From the IMG/VR virus record IMGVR_UViG_2609459832_000013: DNA of 6,121 nucleotides; one strand, 5' to 3'. A program made the translations under genes and the position numbers. The notes beneath the pieces are model-generated. The model ran no database searches, had not been told where the DNA came from, and saw only the letters and a list, made by a program, of their open reading frames with translations. Shown in pieces: positions 4,841-6,121 of the stretch. This DNA comes from a virus. Taxonomy: Duplodnaviria > Heunggongvirae > Uroviricota > Caudoviricetes. The first letter of the stretch is position 1, and each line of letters begins with the position of its first letter.

Positions 4841-6121
4841 ATGAAATATCCGACAGGCGTGGAAAACCATGGAGGGAAATTACGTATCTGGTTTGTTTAT
4901 AAAGGTGTAAGAATCAGGGAAAATCTTGGGGTTCCTGACACGGCAAAAAACAGGCGCATTGCAGGTGAGCTGCGCGCCTCTGTTTGTTACGCAATAAAAA
5001 CTGGTGTTTTCGACTATGCAAAACAGTTTCCCTCCTCACACAATCTGGAAAAATTTGGTGAGGCCCGACAAGATTTAACCATAAAGGAACTGGCTGAAAA
5101 ATTTCTGGCACTGAAAGAAACGGAAGTCGCAAAAACGTCACTCAACACGTACCGTGCCGTCATCAAAAATATTCTGAGCATAATCGGTGAAAAAAATCTT
5201 GCATCGTCGATTAATAAAGAAAAATTGCTGGCGGTACGTAAAGAGTTACTTACTGGATACCAGATCCCCAAAAGTAATTATATTGTTACGCAACCGGGGA
5301 GATCGGCTGTCACCGTAAATAATTACATGACAAATCTTTACGCCGTGTTCCAGTTTGGTGTTGATAACGGTTACCTGGCAGATAATCCGTTTAAGGGGAT
5401 CTCGCCATTAAAGGAATCAAGAACCATTCCTGATCCTCTTTCACGGGAGGAATTTATCCGTCTTATCGACGCCTGCAGAAATCAGCAGGCCAAAAATTTA
5501 TGGTGTGTTTCTGTTTATACTGGCGTTCGCCCTGGTGAGCTGTGTGCACTTGGGTGGGAGGACATAGATCTGAAAAATGGAACAATGATGATCAGGAGAA
5601 ATTTAGCAAAAGATCGTTTTACGGTACCGAAAACACAGGCTGGTACCAATCGGGTAATTCACCTTATCAAGCCTGCAATCGACGCTCTCAGGAGTCAGAT
5701 GACACTAACGAGGCTGAGCAAAGAACATATTATTGACGTTCACCTCAGAGAGTTTGGCAGAACGGAAAAACAAAAATGCACATTTGTTTTTCAACCTGAA
5801 GTGTCAGCGAGAGTAAAAAATTATGGTGACCATTTCACCGTTGACTCAATAAGGCAGATGTGGGACGCAGCGATAAAGCGCGCTGGCCTCCGCCACCGCA
5901 AATCATATCAGTCGAGACATACTTATGCCTGCTGGTCGCTGACAGCCGGTGCCAACCCGGCATTCATAGCAAACCAGATGGGACATGCAGATGCGCAAAT
6001 GGTGTTTCAGGTATACGGGAAATGGATGTCTGAAAACAATAATGCACAGGTAGCCCTGTTAAATACACAGCTAAGCGAGTTTGCCCCAACCATGCCCCAA
6101 AACGAGGCGGCGCAAAATTAA
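4841..6121 (+). CDS. int: Phage tyrosine integrase (site-specific recombinase, 426 aa), IntR/Rac-like lambdoid family
   Basis: ATG at 4841 preceded by GAGAGAAG; stop TAA at 6119-6121. The C-terminal catalytic region carries tyrosine-recombinase hallmarks: TGVRPGE (Arg I), SRHTYACW (box II Arg), QMGH (His) and the nucleophile Tyr in QVYGKW. The N-terminus (MKYPTGVENHGGKLRIWF) looks like an arm-type DNA-binding domain. Confidence 0.95.
   Translation: MKYPTGVENHGGKLRIWFVYKGVRIRENLGVPDTAKNRRIAGELRASVCYAIKTGVFDYAKQFPSSHNLEKFGEARQDLTIKELAEKFLALKETEVAKTSLNTYRAVIKNILSIIGEKNLASSINKEKLLAVRKELLTGYQIPKSNYIVTQPGRSAVTVNNYMTNLYAVFQFGVDNGYLADNPFKGISPLKESRTIPDPLSREEFIRLIDACRNQQAKNLWCVSVYTGVRPGELCALGWEDIDLKNGTMMIRRNLAKDRFTVPKTQAGTNRVIHLIKPAIDALRSQMTLTRLSKEHIIDVHLREFGRTEKQKCTFVFQPEVSARVKNYGDHFTVDSIRQMWDAAIKRAGLRHRKSYQSRHTYACWSLTAGANPAFIANQMGHADAQMVFQVYGKWMSENNNAQVALLNTQLSEFAPTMPQNEAAQN

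Noticed and set aside
4914-5736. Antisense and alternate-frame ORFs inside the integrase gene (4914..5141 -, 5014..5271 -, 5542..5736 +)
   Set aside because: Embedded in a gene with clear tyrosine-recombinase motifs; shadow ORFs.
1-6121. CRISPR array, tRNA/tmRNA gene, IS element or transposase
   Set aside because: No regularly spaced direct repeats, no cloverleaf or T-loop-like candidates, and no transposase-like ORF; the only recombinase is the phage-type integrase.

Overview
This window reads as one arm of an enterobacterial lambdoid (Rac-like) prophage: a co-directional + strand operon ending in an excisionase-like gene and a tyrosine integrase whose stop codon is the last base of the window. 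Upstream lie a kil-slot small gene, an AT-rich inserted island holding a convergent, 3'-overlapping pair of small genes (135 aa on +, 77 aa on -), a ~540-bp ORF-poor region with several hairpins and a perfect 19-bp inverted repeat flanking 126 bp, two translationally coupled small genes, and an 823-aa protein with a C-terminal DnaQ-like (DEDDh) 3'-5' exonuclease domain. No recT/bet-type annealase gene sits next to that exonuclease. No tRNA, rRNA, CRISPR array, transposase or att core was found. All product names are inferred from motifs, gene order and recollection; no database search was possible.
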